From assembly GCA_039589315.1 (NCBI GenBank), contig JBDHHQ010000041.1:1-61744 (forward strand): a stretch of 61,744 nucleotides of DNA, in the 5' to 3' direction. A program made the translations under genes and the position numbers. Within the stretch, counting starts at the first letter, position 1. Every line of letters starts with the position of its first letter. Shown one piece after another: positions 1 through 9,643 of this stretch. The notes beneath the pieces were generated by a model. It saw only the letters and a list, made by a program, of their open reading frames with translations, was not told the origin of the DNA and did no database searches. The DNA is from Gemmatimonadota bacterium. GTDB lineage: Bacteria; Gemmatimonadota; Gemmatimonadetes; Longimicrobiales; Gaopeijiaceae.

Positions 1-1550
1 CCGGTGGTCAGGTCGCCCAGATCCTCCCAGGTGACGCCCCGGTCCCGGCTCCGCCAGAAGCGACGGGTCCCCGCGTAGACGGTGTTGGCGTCGTGAGCGC
101 TGATGACGAACGGGCCGTCCCAGTTGGCCGGCTCCATGGCGTTGCCCAGCCGTTCGTCGGGAAGGTCCGGATCCGGCCACGTGGTCCAGTTGCGCCGCGG
201 GCTTATGGCGCCCGTGGGGTCGCCGGGCCGGATCGTCTGGTGCTGTCCAGTGACCATGTCCACGCGGCTGAGGCCCAGGTATTGGGACTCGGTGTACAGG
301 GTCCGGTTGTCGGTCGTGTCCACCAGATTCAAGAAGCCGTCGCCGCCCCCGTACCGGATCCAGTCCTGGCTCAGGATCCCGTCCGAGCGGTACGAGTCGT
401 TGGGGCCGCCCCAACTCCCGTTGTCCTGTAGGCCGCCGTAGACCCAGTACGGATCGCGGTAGTCGTAGCTGACCCGGTAATACTGGCTCACGGGCAGGTG
501 GGGGATGTATTGCCACGTCAGGCCGCGGTCGTAGGAGATCCCCAGTCCGCCGTCGTCGGCCTTCATGACGTGCTCCGAGTCGTGGGGATCGACCCAGACC
601 AGCCGGTCGTCGCCATGGAGGCTCTGGTCGGGTTCAGTGAAGGTGCGTCCGCCGTCGTCCGAGAACGAGTAGCTGTTCAGCATGTAGATCCGCTGATCGT
701 CGTTCGGGTCGACCAGAGGCTGGCTGGCGTACATGGGCCGGGGGTTCCAGTCGCCCATGTGCTCCCAGGTGGCCCCCTTGTCTTCGGAGCGGTAGATGCC
801 GGCGAGGCGCTGCTCGTAGGCCGTTGACGCATTGTAGCGCTCGCCCTGCTCGATGCTCACGTAGACGATGTTCGGATCGGTCCGGTAGATGGAGATGCCG
901 ATCCGGCCGTAGTCCCCCTCGGGCAGGCCACCCTGGTGGGAGAGCTCCGCCCACGTATCGCCCCCGTCGGTGCTCTTGTACAGGCCGCTCCCAGGGCCGC
1001 CACCGTGGAAGCCCCAGGGCCTCCGGCGGCGCTGGTAGAGGGCCGCGAAGAGGGTGTTCGGGTCCTGGGGATCCATGGCCACGTCCACGGCCCCGGTGTC
1101 GTCGTCACCCGCCAGGATGCGCTCCCACGTCGAGCCGCCATCGCGAGATCGGTAGAGACCTCGTTCCTGGTTGGGGCCCCACAGGTGCCCCATGGCCGCC
1201 ACGTAGACCAGGGCCGTATCGGTGGGGTGCAGCACCACGCGGCCGATGTGCTTCGAGTCGCGCAGGCCCATGTTCTGCCAGGTCACGCCTCCGTCGGTGG
1301 ACTTGTAGACGCCGTCGCCCCAACCGGAGCTCTGGCGGCTGGCCCGCTCGCCGGTCCCCAGCCAGACGATGGACGTATCCGCCTGATGCACGGCCACGTC
1401 GCCGAGGGAGAAGACCGGCTGATCGTCGAAGAGGATCGTGAAGTTGGTGCCTCGATCGTTGGTCTTCCACAGCCCGCCGGTGGACGTGGCCACGTAGATC
1501 ACGTCCACGTCGCTCTCCACCACGTCCAGGTCTACGACCCGGCCGCTCAT
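1..1550 (-). CDS. BNR/VPS10-type beta-propeller protein (glycosyl hydrolase-like); runs off the left edge
   Basis: Manual translation from ATG 1550: MSGRVVDLDVVESDVDVIYVATSTGGLWKTNDRGTNF...GTGERASRQSSGWGDGVYKSTDGGVTWQNMGL...GLYRSRDGGSTWE, with repeated S-x-D-x-G-x-T-W Asp-boxes. Absent from the ORF track because there is no stop in the window. AGGAGG lies 7 nt upstream of the ATG. Confidence 0.88.
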   Translation of the reverse strand, partial: MSGRVVDLDVVESDVDVIYVATSTGGLWKTNDRGTNFTILFDDQPVFSLGDVAVHQADTSIVWLGTGERASRQSSGWGDGVYKSTDGGVTWQNMGLRDSKHIGRVVLHPTDTALVYVAAMGHLWGPNQERGLYRSRDGGSTWERILAGDDDTGAVDVAMDPQDPNTLFAALYQRRRRPWGFHGGGPGSGLYKSTDGGDTWAELSHQGGLPEGDYGRIGISIYRTDPNIVYVSIEQGERYNASTAYEQRLAGIYRSEDKGATWEHMGDWNPRPMYASQPLVDPNDDQRIYMLNSYSFSDDGGRTFTEPDQSLHGDDRLVWVDPHDSEHVMKADDGGLGISYDRGLTWQYIPHLPVSQYYRVSYDYRDPYWVYGGLQDNGSWGGPNDSYRSDGILSQDWIRYGGGDGFLNLVDTTDNRTLYTESQYLGLSRVDMVTGQHQTIRPGDPTGAISPRRNWTTWPDPDLPDERLGNAMEPANWDGPFVISAHDANTVYAGTRRFWRSRDRGVTWEDLGDLTT

Positions 1551-1687
1551 GGATCGGCCTCCTGGGCCGCGAGGGTATCGGGAAGAGCGGGACTGGCCAG
1601 CGCGGCGGCCGCCCAGGCCGCAACCAGGATCGAAGGAACAGGGCGGCGGGCGCGCCCTGTGGGCACGCCGATTCGGGTCAGATCCAT
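1547..1687 (-). pseudogene. 46-aa signal-peptide-like ORF, out of frame with the downstream BNR/VPS10 gene (probable detached N-terminus)
   Basis: MDLTRIGVPTGRARRPVPSILVAAWAAAALASPALPDTLAAQEADP*; GGAG upstream; its TGA overlaps the ATG of the propeller ORF (ATGA). Confidence 0.55.
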
Positions 1688-1753
1688 CACGTCGACTCCA
1701 GGCGAATGTCTCGGGGACTCACGTATCGTGTGGGAACTCGGGCTGTGGATTCG

Positions 1754-2059
1754 TCAGCGGCCGGCCCCTCGCCGCGTCAGCGACACGACGCCTACAACGG
1801 CAGCCAGGTACAAGAACGGCGTCAGGAGCAGCAGGTCCACGCGGATCGGCGCGATCACGCTCCTCATCCAGAAGTACATGTAGGTCTCGTACACCCCGTA
1901 GACGAGCCAGAGGAGGGTCGCGCCGACAGCGAGTCGTCGCGGCCACGCGCCGAGGCTCCCCCATCGCCAGCGCAAGGCGGCCGCCAATGCGAAGCCGGGG
2001 AGCAGCGCCAGACCGGGAACCGCTGCGAGCACCACCACCGGAAGGAAGAAGAGCTCCAT
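1754..2059 (-). CDS. small membrane protein, 101 aa, about 3 TM segments
   Basis: MELFFLPVVVLAAVPGLALLPGFALAAAL...LLWLVYGVYETYMYFW...IRVDLLLLTPFLYLAAVVGVV; hydrophobic stretches; GC-rich third codon positions. Confidence 0.7.
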   Translation of the reverse strand: MELFFLPVVVLAAVPGLALLPGFALAAALRWRWGSLGAWPRRLAVGATLLWLVYGVYETYMYFWMRSVIAPIRVDLLLLTPFLYLAAVVGVVSLTRRGAGR

Positions 2060-2261
2060 AGCAGCGGAAGATGTGGCGCGCCGGGACCCGGCGCCACGTG
2101 GGCGGAGGCCCCCGGGAGGCCAGCAGCGCCGAGTCGTGATGCTTGCAGCACCCTGCAGCCTTCGGGCATCTTGAGGGCTGCGCTCGCCATCCCGTCTGGT
2201 CGCCCGCCATCGGTCGACCCCGGGCCCAACCGTCGAAGTCACCAGTCTTCCGGGAGCTCGC

Positions 2262-3935
2262 ATGATCCGCCACCGCCGCGGCCGCTCACTCCGGCCGAGA
2301 ACCCACCTCGCCCGTTGGGCACCTGTCGCCGCTACCTGCACCCTCGCCCTTGTCCTGACCGTCGCCCACACCGCGGCAGCTCAGGATCTGACCCACGTGG
2401 AAGGGCTGGGAAGCCTCTCATTCCCCAATTCTGGCGCGGCAGAGGCCCAGCCCGACTTCATTCGTGGCGTGCTGCTGCTTCACAGCTTCGAGTACGACTA
2501 CGCAGCCGACGCCTTCAAGAAGGCCCAGGAGATCGATCCCGACTTCGCGCTGGCGTACTGGGGTGAGGCCATGACCTACACCCACCCGGTGTGGAACCAG
2601 AAGGACGGCGACGCGGCGCGGGCCGCCCTCGCCCGGTACGCGCCGACGCCGGAGGCGCGCGCGGCCAGAGCCCCCACCGAGCGCGAGCGGGCCTATCTGC
2701 AGGCGTTGGACGTGCTCTACGGCGAGGGCCAGAAGGAGACGCTGGACACGTTGTACTCCAGGGAGATGGAGAAGCTGTCTGCCATTTACCCGGACGACTT
2801 CGAGGCCCAGGCGTTCTACGCTCTCTCGCTCCTGGGGTTGAGCCAGGGCGACCGTGACGTGCCCACGTACATGCGGGCCGGCGCCATCGCGCTGGACCTG
2901 TTGGGGAAGAACCCTGACCATCCCGGAGCCGCCCACTACACGATACACTCCTTCGACGACCCCACCCACGCGCCCCTGGCCATGAAGGCCGCCCGGGCCT
3001 ACGGGCCCGTGGCGCCGGATGCCGGACACGCGCAGCACATGACCACCCACATCTTCCTTGCCATGGGCATGTGGGACGACGTGGTCGAAGCGAACGTGCG
3101 GGCGGACGCCGTCACCGACCGTAATCTCGCCGCCCGTGACCTGCCCCCCACCAACTGCGGCCACTACAACGAGTGGTTGATGTACGGCTACCAGCAACAG
3201 GGGCGGTACGACGACGCCGAAGCCCTGCTCCTGGGGTGCTTCCGGCAAGCTCATGACGAACGCTTTCCCGACGGAATGCGGAGCGGCGCCGCCCGGTCGT
3301 ACGCCTACATGCGGAGCATCAACCTGGCCGACACGCGCAACTTCGAGGGGGAGCCCGCCAACTCGGAGGTCGACACCAGCCATGCCCCGACCTTCGTCCA
3401 GCTCATGCAGGCGTGGGGCAGCGGCATGGCGGCCGTCCACCGGGGAGACCGGAGCCTGGCGGAGAAGCACCACGCCTTCCTCGTGGAGCGCGGCGCCAAG
3501 GCCGAGGACGAGTGGGAGAGCCCATACGTACCCGTGTGGCAGGGGACGCTGGAGGCGCTCCTTCTGGCCGACGCCGGGGAGGGCGAGGAGGCCCTGACCG
3601 CCGCGGCCGAAGCCGCCGACTACGAGGCGTCGCTCCCCGTGGACTTCGGCCCTCCCATCGCCTTCAAGCCCGCCCGTGAGCTGGAGGGCGAGATCCTCCT
3701 GGAGCTGGGACGGGCCGAGGACGCCATGACCGCGTTCGAGATGGCGCTGGCACGAACGCCGAATCGAGTGCTGAGCCTGGCCGGGTACGCCCGGGCCGCG
3801 GTAGCCGCGGAGCAGCCGGAGGTGGCTTCGGAGGCGTACGCCGCCCTGGCCGAGCTGCTCACGTTGGCCGACGATGACATGCCGGAAGCGCGTGAAGCTC
3901 GGGCGTTCCTGTCGGCGCGCTCGGAGCAGCCCTAG
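2262..3935 (+). CDS. secreted TPR-repeat protein with His-rich motifs, function unknown
   Basis: 557 aa; signal peptide ending AAA-Q; LGSLSFPNSG, RGVLLLHSFEY, DPDFALAYWGEAM, HPGAAHYTIHSFD, HAQHMTTHIF; helical TPR-like C-terminus. Confidence 0.8.
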   Translation: MIRHRRGRSLRPRTHLARWAPVAATCTLALVLTVAHTAAAQDLTHVEGLGSLSFPNSGAAEAQPDFIRGVLLLHSFEYDYAADAFKKAQEIDPDFALAYWGEAMTYTHPVWNQKDGDAARAALARYAPTPEARAARAPTERERAYLQALDVLYGEGQKETLDTLYSREMEKLSAIYPDDFEAQAFYALSLLGLSQGDRDVPTYMRAGAIALDLLGKNPDHPGAAHYTIHSFDDPTHAPLAMKAARAYGPVAPDAGHAQHMTTHIFLAMGMWDDVVEANVRADAVTDRNLAARDLPPTNCGHYNEWLMYGYQQQGRYDDAEALLLGCFRQAHDERFPDGMRSGAARSYAYMRSINLADTRNFEGEPANSEVDTSHAPTFVQLMQAWGSGMAAVHRGDRSLAEKHHAFLVERGAKAEDEWESPYVPVWQGTLEALLLADAGEGEEALTAAAEAADYEASLPVDFGPPIAFKPARELEGEILLELGRAEDAMTAFEMALARTPNRVLSLAGYARAAVAAEQPEVASEAYAALAELLTLADDDMPEAREARAFLSARSEQP

Positions 3936-4004
3936 CTTCCCTTCCGGCCGCCCTGAGCGCGAACCACCCCCGTTCCCGCTCGATCCGCTACGACGGGGTC
4001 CAGG

Positions 4005-6263
4005 ATGTCCCTTCAGGAGCGCCTCGCAAAAGCGCTGGCGCCTCGGTATCGCGTGGAAGCCGAGGTGGGTAGGGGCGGTATGGCCATCGTCTTCGGGGGC
4101 GAGGACCTGGACCTGGGCCGTCGGGTCGCCATCAAGGTCCTGAGACCGGAGCTGGCGACGGCGAGGGGTGCACAGCGCTTTCTGCGGGAGGCCCGCACGC
4201 TCGCCAACCTGTCCCACCCCAACATCGTGCCCGTCCACGAGGTGGGAGAGCGGGACGGGCTTCACTACTTCGTCATGGACTTCGTCCAGGGCGACACCCT
4301 GGCCACCAGACTCGAGGGGGGGCCTCTCGACGAGGACACGGCCAAGGAGCTCGCCGACGGAGTCCTGGATGCACTGGGTGTGGTCCACCGCGCCATGGTC
4401 GTGCACCGGGACATCAAGCCGGCCAACATCCTCCTGGTACGGGGCCGTCCTCTCCTGTCCGACTTCGGGATCGCCCGTGTGCAGGATACCACCGACCCGC
4501 TGACGCGAGAGGGCGTGGTCCCCGGCACGCCGGAGTACATGGCCCCCGAGCTGGCCGACGGTGAGCCCGCTTCCCCCAGCTCCGACCTCTACGCCGTGGC
4601 AGCCGTACTGTTCGAGTCGGCCACCGGGCGCAGGTGGCGGCGTGCCGAAAGCGGCACATGGAAAGGGGTCCCTCCGGGTCTCCTGCCCGTCCTGCGCAAG
4701 GCGCTGGCCGATCGGCCCGCTGACCGGTACGCCGACGCGGGCTCGTTCCGGGACGCGCTCCGTCCCGGAGCCGACCGGAGAGCCTGGCTCGTGACGGCTT
4801 CGGCCGTGGGCGCGGCCACCGTGCTCGGCGCCCTGGTCGTGTGGCGAGCCCTCCCTCCCGAGACACCAACCGGCCCTGCCGTCATCCTCGTCGCGCCGCT
4901 CGAGGAGCTGGGCGGAAGCGGTGAGCTCGAGACGCTGGCCGACGGCCTGAACGCCGAAATCACGACCGTTCTGGGAACCTCCACGCAGATGGTGCCCATC
5001 GGCCGCATTACGGCCAGGTCCCTCCAAGGCCCCATCGACCTGGCGTCGTTGAGGGAGGACCTGGATGTGGATTACGTCCTCCATGGCGGTGTCTCCGAAG
5101 CCGGGACGGGTATCCGAGCTTCGTTCGCGCTGACGTCCACAGCCGACCGGATCGAGCGATGGTCTGACTCGTTCGAATACGACCGGAACGATCACCTGCG
5201 GATGCAAGAGGACGTCGCGTGGTCCGTGGTCCTCTCCATCGAAGAGGAGATCAGCGGAACCGAGCCACAGCGGTACTTGCGCCACCGAACCACCAGCACG
5301 GAAGCGTTCGACGCCTATCACCGTGGGAGGCGCGCCTGGGAAAGGCGCCGACCCGCGGATCTCATGGTTGCGCTCGAGGCGTTCCAGGAGGCCGTGGCCC
5401 TCGACTCCACCTATGCCCTGGCATGGGTCGGCTTGTCCGACGTCTACAACGTCCTCGGGTCGTTCGACTACGGTGCCATGCACCCCCGGCAGGCCTTCGA
5501 GATGGCCCTCGGCGCGGCCGACCGCGCGATCGCCCTGCAGGACAGTCTTGGAGAGGCCTGGGTCGCGCGCGGCATGGCCATCTACAACGGCCAGTGGGAC
5601 CTCGACCGAGCCGAAGCGGCGTTCCTCCAGGGTCTGTCCCTCTATCCGGGCTACATGCCCGCACATCAATGGTACTCCATCCTCCTGAACTCCAGGGAGG
5701 AGTGGGACCAGGCCCTGGCGAGGGTGCGGCGGGCCGTGGCGCTCGACCGGCGCTCGGCCCTGGTCCGGACCCAGGTGGCGCGTCACTACTACCTGGCGGG
5801 CGACATGGCGAATGCGGCGCGGGAGTACCGGGAGGCTATCGAGCTCGACGCCGAGTTGCCCATCGCCCATATGGGCCTGGGCCTGGTGCTGCTCCTCCAG
5901 GACAGCGTTCCCCAGGCCGTGGAGGCCTATGAACAGGGCGGTCGCCACACAGGCGGCCAGGCGTTGGCCCCCGTCGGCCTGGTCGGCATGGCCCGGGCCC
6001 TACAGGGGGACACGGCCGCCGCCAGGGCTGCTCTGGCCGCCCTGGCGGACGTGGCAGGCCGGTACGTGCCACCGGAGTACGCCGCCCTGATACACCTGGG
6101 CCTCGGGGATCGCGACGCCGCCATCGACTCGCTGCGCGCGGCGTGGCGGAACGGCTCCAACGCCGTGACCCTGTTCCACATCGATCCGCTCCTCACGGGT
6201 CTTCGTGGGCGTCCCGACTTCGAGGCTCTGCTGGACTCCGTCGGCGTGCGGGGGCAGCTGTGA
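4005..6263 (+). CDS. membrane Hanks-type Ser/Thr protein kinase with TolB-N-like and TPR domains
   Basis: GRGGMAIV, VAIKVL, HRDIKPANILL, DFGIAR, GTPEYMAPE, SDLYAV; TM segment AWLVTASAVGAATVLGALVVW; C-terminal TPRs (AVALDSTYALAWVGLS, AIELDAELPIAHMGLG). Confidence 0.93.
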   Translation: MSLQERLAKALAPRYRVEAEVGRGGMAIVFGGEDLDLGRRVAIKVLRPELATARGAQRFLREARTLANLSHPNIVPVHEVGERDGLHYFVMDFVQGDTLATRLEGGPLDEDTAKELADGVLDALGVVHRAMVVHRDIKPANILLVRGRPLLSDFGIARVQDTTDPLTREGVVPGTPEYMAPELADGEPASPSSDLYAVAAVLFESATGRRWRRAESGTWKGVPPGLLPVLRKALADRPADRYADAGSFRDALRPGADRRAWLVTASAVGAATVLGALVVWRALPPETPTGPAVILVAPLEELGGSGELETLADGLNAEITTVLGTSTQMVPIGRITARSLQGPIDLASLREDLDVDYVLHGGVSEAGTGIRASFALTSTADRIERWSDSFEYDRNDHLRMQEDVAWSVVLSIEEEISGTEPQRYLRHRTTSTEAFDAYHRGRRAWERRRPADLMVALEAFQEAVALDSTYALAWVGLSDVYNVLGSFDYGAMHPRQAFEMALGAADRAIALQDSLGEAWVARGMAIYNGQWDLDRAEAAFLQGLSLYPGYMPAHQWYSILLNSREEWDQALARVRRAVALDRRSALVRTQVARHYYLAGDMANAAREYREAIELDAELPIAHMGLGLVLLLQDSVPQAVEAYEQGGRHTGGQALAPVGLVGMARALQGDTAAARAALAALADVAGRYVPPEYAALIHLGLGDRDAAIDSLRAAWRNGSNAVTLFHIDPLLTGLRGRPDFEALLDSVGVRGQL

Positions 6264-8071
6264 TCGAGATTCTGGCCCTCGGTCCCCCGGTCGTCGGGGT
6301 CGGCGGCGGTGATCCACCGCGTGAGCTCCTGTGGAAGAAGAACCTGGCGCTACTCGTCTACCTGGCCCTGTCGCCTCACGGGCGCCGAGGGCGGGAGCAC
6401 CTGATCGGCCTCTTCTGGGCCGACAAGACCGAGGCCAAGGCTCGCCACTCCCTCAACGAGGCCCTACGAGCCCTCCGCAAGGCCGCCGGCGACGAGTCGG
6501 TCACGTCCCGGGGAGACCAGGTGGTCCTGGACCCGGATTCCGTGAGGATCGACGTAGACGACTTCATGGACGCCATGACCCGCGGGGACACACGCGAAGC
6601 CGCCGCGCTGATCCGAGGCCCTTTCATGGAAGGGTTCTTCGTGGCGGGGTCGTCCGGCTTCGAGGATTGGCTCCATACGGAGCGCGCCGAGCTCTCCCTG
6701 GCGGGATCCACGGCCCTTGTCGCGGCCGGAGAGGATCTGCTCGCCCGGGGACACGTGGTGGCGGCCCGGGACGTTTCGGACCGGGCTCTGCAACTCGATC
6801 GTTTTGCCGAGGGTCCGCTGCGGATGGCCCTGCTGGCCCGCGCCCTCGCGGGAGAGCGAGCTCAGGCCGTCGCCCTATTCGACGAGTTCTCCGAACGCCT
6901 TCGGGGGGAGCTGGAGCTGGAACCCTCCGACGAGACCCTCGAGCTGATCGAGCGGATCCGGCGCGAGAAGGCGTGGAAGCTACCCACGTCGATGCCCGAG
7001 CAGGAGCGGGTCGCTCGGCGGGTGCCACTGGTGGGTCGCTCGGAGGAGCTCACCGCGTCGCTCGCGGCGCTGTCAGCAGGATTCGAAGCCCGTCGAGCCA
7101 CGGCACTCTTCGTCCTCGGGGATCCCGGCCTGGGGAAGACACGTCTCGCCGAGGAGATCCTGGCCCGAGCCCGGATGGACGGGGCCCGCACGGTGAGGGT
7201 GCGCGCCATCTCCGCCGATCGCGACACCCCAGGCGCCGTCGAGTCGGGCCTCCTCCGTGAGCTCCGGGCACCGGAAGACGTGCCACCCGAGGGCGACTCT
7301 CTGGCGGACGCCATCCGTGACGAGGTGCGGGACGCTCCGCTTCTGATCTGGCTCGATGATGCCGATCAGGCCGACGCACGGTCCCTCGGCGAGATCCGTC
7401 GTCTGCTCGCCGACGCGCGGGACCTTCCGGTCGCGTTCGGGTTCGGCGCTACGGCTGTGCCCAGTGTCGCGTCGCTGGACGAGCTGAGGGCCGATGTCGG
7501 TCGTGAGATCGACGGCGCGATCGTCCACCTGAAGCCCTTCACCCTCGATCTGGTGGGAGAGTTGGCCCAAACGCTCTTGCCAGCCATGACCGACGTGGCT
7601 CGGGACCGGCTCTGCCGGCGCGTCTTCGCCGACTCCGCGGGGCTACCGCTGCTCTCTCTGGAGCTGCTGAACGCCGTTCGCCTCGGCCTCGAGCTACACC
7701 GAATCGAAGGAAGCTGGCCCAAGGCATCCATGACGCTGGTCGACACCTTCCCCGGTGACCTCCCCGATTCGGTCGTCGCCGCGATCCGGGTGGGATTCCG
7801 CAGGCTGAGCGAGCACGCGCAGCAGGTCCTCACGGCCGCGGCGATTCTGGGTGAACGGGTATCCCAGGCCCGCCTGGCCCAGATGACCGGGCTCGACGAG
7901 GAAGACCTCACGTCGGCCCTGGACGAGCTGGAATGGCAACGGTGGCTGACCGCCGACGCCCGTGGCTATTCCTTCGTCGCCCCGGTCGTGAAGGACGTCG
8001 TCGCCCGAGACATGCTCACGCCGGGGCAGAAGCGGCGCTTGCTGGTCTCGGCCGGATTGCTCTCCGACTGA
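6260..8071 (+). CDS. SARP/BTAD-domain transcriptional activator with AAA/STAND-like ATPase domain
   Basis: GTG start overlaps the kinase stop (GTGA); LALLVYLAL...REHLIGLFW...ARHSLNEALRALRK; RGPFMEGF...FEDWLHTER; Walker A GDPGLGKT; Walker B IWLDDAD; 603 aa. Confidence 0.88.
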   Translation: MIEILALGPPVVGVGGGDPPRELLWKKNLALLVYLALSPHGRRGREHLIGLFWADKTEAKARHSLNEALRALRKAAGDESVTSRGDQVVLDPDSVRIDVDDFMDAMTRGDTREAAALIRGPFMEGFFVAGSSGFEDWLHTERAELSLAGSTALVAAGEDLLARGHVVAARDVSDRALQLDRFAEGPLRMALLARALAGERAQAVALFDEFSERLRGELELEPSDETLELIERIRREKAWKLPTSMPEQERVARRVPLVGRSEELTASLAALSAGFEARRATALFVLGDPGLGKTRLAEEILARARMDGARTVRVRAISADRDTPGAVESGLLRELRAPEDVPPEGDSLADAIRDEVRDAPLLIWLDDADQADARSLGEIRRLLADARDLPVAFGFGATAVPSVASLDELRADVGREIDGAIVHLKPFTLDLVGELAQTLLPAMTDVARDRLCRRVFADSAGLPLLSLELLNAVRLGLELHRIEGSWPKASMTLVDTFPGDLPDSVVAAIRVGFRRLSEHAQQVLTAAAILGERVSQARLAQMTGLDEEDLTSALDELEWQRWLTADARGYSFVAPVVKDVVARDMLTPGQKRRLLVSAGLLSD

Positions 8072-8109
8072 GCCTCACCCGACCCCGGTCCCGGCTCCGG
8101 GGGTTCACC

Positions 8110-8130
8110 CGCTTGATCCTCGCTTGAGCC
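8110..8130 (+). promoter_or_regulatory. candidate SARP-binding direct repeat (CGCTTGA twice, 11-nt period)
   Basis: CGCTTGA at 8110 and 8121, between the SARP gene and the next gene; 11-bp periodicity is typical of SARP operators. Confidence 0.4.
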
Positions 8131-8200
8131 CCCGCACGCAGGCTCGTGGGTGCGAGACCGAGCTCACCGGTCGTCGCATCACCTTCGCCTGGAGGCTCCG

Positions 8201-9415
8201 ATGCCCAGCGCCCGAAGCGTCTCTACCGTCGTTCTACTTACCTGCGTGACGACTGGCGGCTGTGACCGCGCCACAGACGTCGCGCCTACGGCCCTCTCTC
8301 CAACGGTCGAGCCCGGCCTGTCGAGTCCGGCCGTGCCCACTCCACTCGAAGCTGTGGCGACACCTTTCGGGTCCGTCTCCCTGTGGCCCTTCACGGGCGT
8401 GGACGTGCAGGGCACGCCCAGCGATCCAATCAACCTGATCTTCCTCGGCCAGAGCGACGTCCGGGCGCTCCGCGCGGCCCTGATGTTCCTGGACGGGGAC
8501 AGGACGGCGTACGGTCTACCCCCCGTTCCGCCCTTCAACTGCACCTGGGACGACGCCGTTGGAGCGTCCCAGACCGCGTACACCGAATCCTCGGGGTGGT
8601 CAGGCTCCGTCGTGCAGCTCGAGTGCGGTGACTACGACCCCGTTCGGTTCCACATCCGTCTCTTCGAGTCGGGCGACGTCACACTGGGCAACGCCCACTT
8701 CGAGGTGATCGTACCGGGAACCAGCAGCCATCAGGTGCTCAGCTGGGAGCTCGCCAAGCAGTTGGCCGTCATCGACCTTCTGCGAACGGGGCTGCTCGAC
8801 GGATCGATCCCCATGGTGGCTTCGACGCAGATCCACCCGTCGCCCTACCGGGAGATCCCCGACTTCCTGTACAACGGGCTGCCCGTCGAGCTCAGGGGAG
8901 CGATCGGCGGACCTCTATCCGACGTTGCCCAGCCGGTGCCGATCTGGACGGACGGCACCGCCACGGCCTTCAACCTGGTCAACGCCGCCACGATCTCGGC
9001 CGGAGTGGCGACCCGAGAGTTCACCATCGAATTCGGTCAGGTGATCCCCAAGCCCTTCTGCGCCCCAGGGCCGGGCAGCTTCCTCTACGTGAGCGGGCCG
9101 GTCGAAGTGAGGCAAACGGTGCGGGTCACGCCCTCGGGCAACCTGCACAGCAGCTTCATGGCCCGCGGCACGCTCGAGCTCACGCCAGTGAACCCGTCCA
9201 CGCTGCCCCCGACGCCGATCGGTGAGACCTATGTCGCCAGGGTGCTCGAGGTCCAGCATTCGGTGGCCACGGACCGACACACGCTCGTTTCCCACCTGCA
9301 GATCCAGGCCGAGCTCCCCCCGATGGGAGCAGACCGTGGCCGCCTCATGTCGATGTTACGTGTGGGACCTGGGAGCTCTGCGGGGAGCGATTTGACGGTT
9401 CAGTGCGGCGGATGA
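8201..9415 (+). CDS. hypothetical lipoprotein, N-terminal half weakly LssY C-terminal-like
   Basis: GGAGG RBS; MPSARSVSTVVLLTCVTTGGC lipobox-like; SDPINLIFLG and RFHIRLF motifs; 404 aa. Confidence 0.7.
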   Translation: MPSARSVSTVVLLTCVTTGGCDRATDVAPTALSPTVEPGLSSPAVPTPLEAVATPFGSVSLWPFTGVDVQGTPSDPINLIFLGQSDVRALRAALMFLDGDRTAYGLPPVPPFNCTWDDAVGASQTAYTESSGWSGSVVQLECGDYDPVRFHIRLFESGDVTLGNAHFEVIVPGTSSHQVLSWELAKQLAVIDLLRTGLLDGSIPMVASTQIHPSPYREIPDFLYNGLPVELRGAIGGPLSDVAQPVPIWTDGTATAFNLVNAATISAGVATREFTIEFGQVIPKPFCAPGPGSFLYVSGPVEVRQTVRVTPSGNLHSSFMARGTLELTPVNPSTLPPTPIGETYVARVLEVQHSVATDRHTLVSHLQIQAELPPMGADRGRLMSMLRVGPGSSAGSDLTVQCGG

Positions 9416-9643
9416 GTCGGTTTCATCCGGGCCGTGCCCGTTGATCCTCAGCGAGATCCGGGCACGATTCACGACCGAGCCCCTGTCCTTGACCGGGTTT
9501 AGCTCCGCCCACCGATGCGTCGATAAAGACTGGTGAAGGCCCCGTCCCCGGGCGGGGCAGGGGCTCCCGACGTCCCGTCCGGATGCTGGGAGCAGAGACT
9601 CCACGGCACCGCCGGTCTCACCGGCAGAAAACGAGGGCGCCCG

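Noticed and set aside
2418..5948. 1176-aa antisense ORF, and similar long antisense ORFs (e.g. 58811-60628, 25594-26970, 56435-57778, 33900-35330)
   Set aside because: These mirror well-supported genes on the other strand, as expected at high GC with biased codon use; no motifs.
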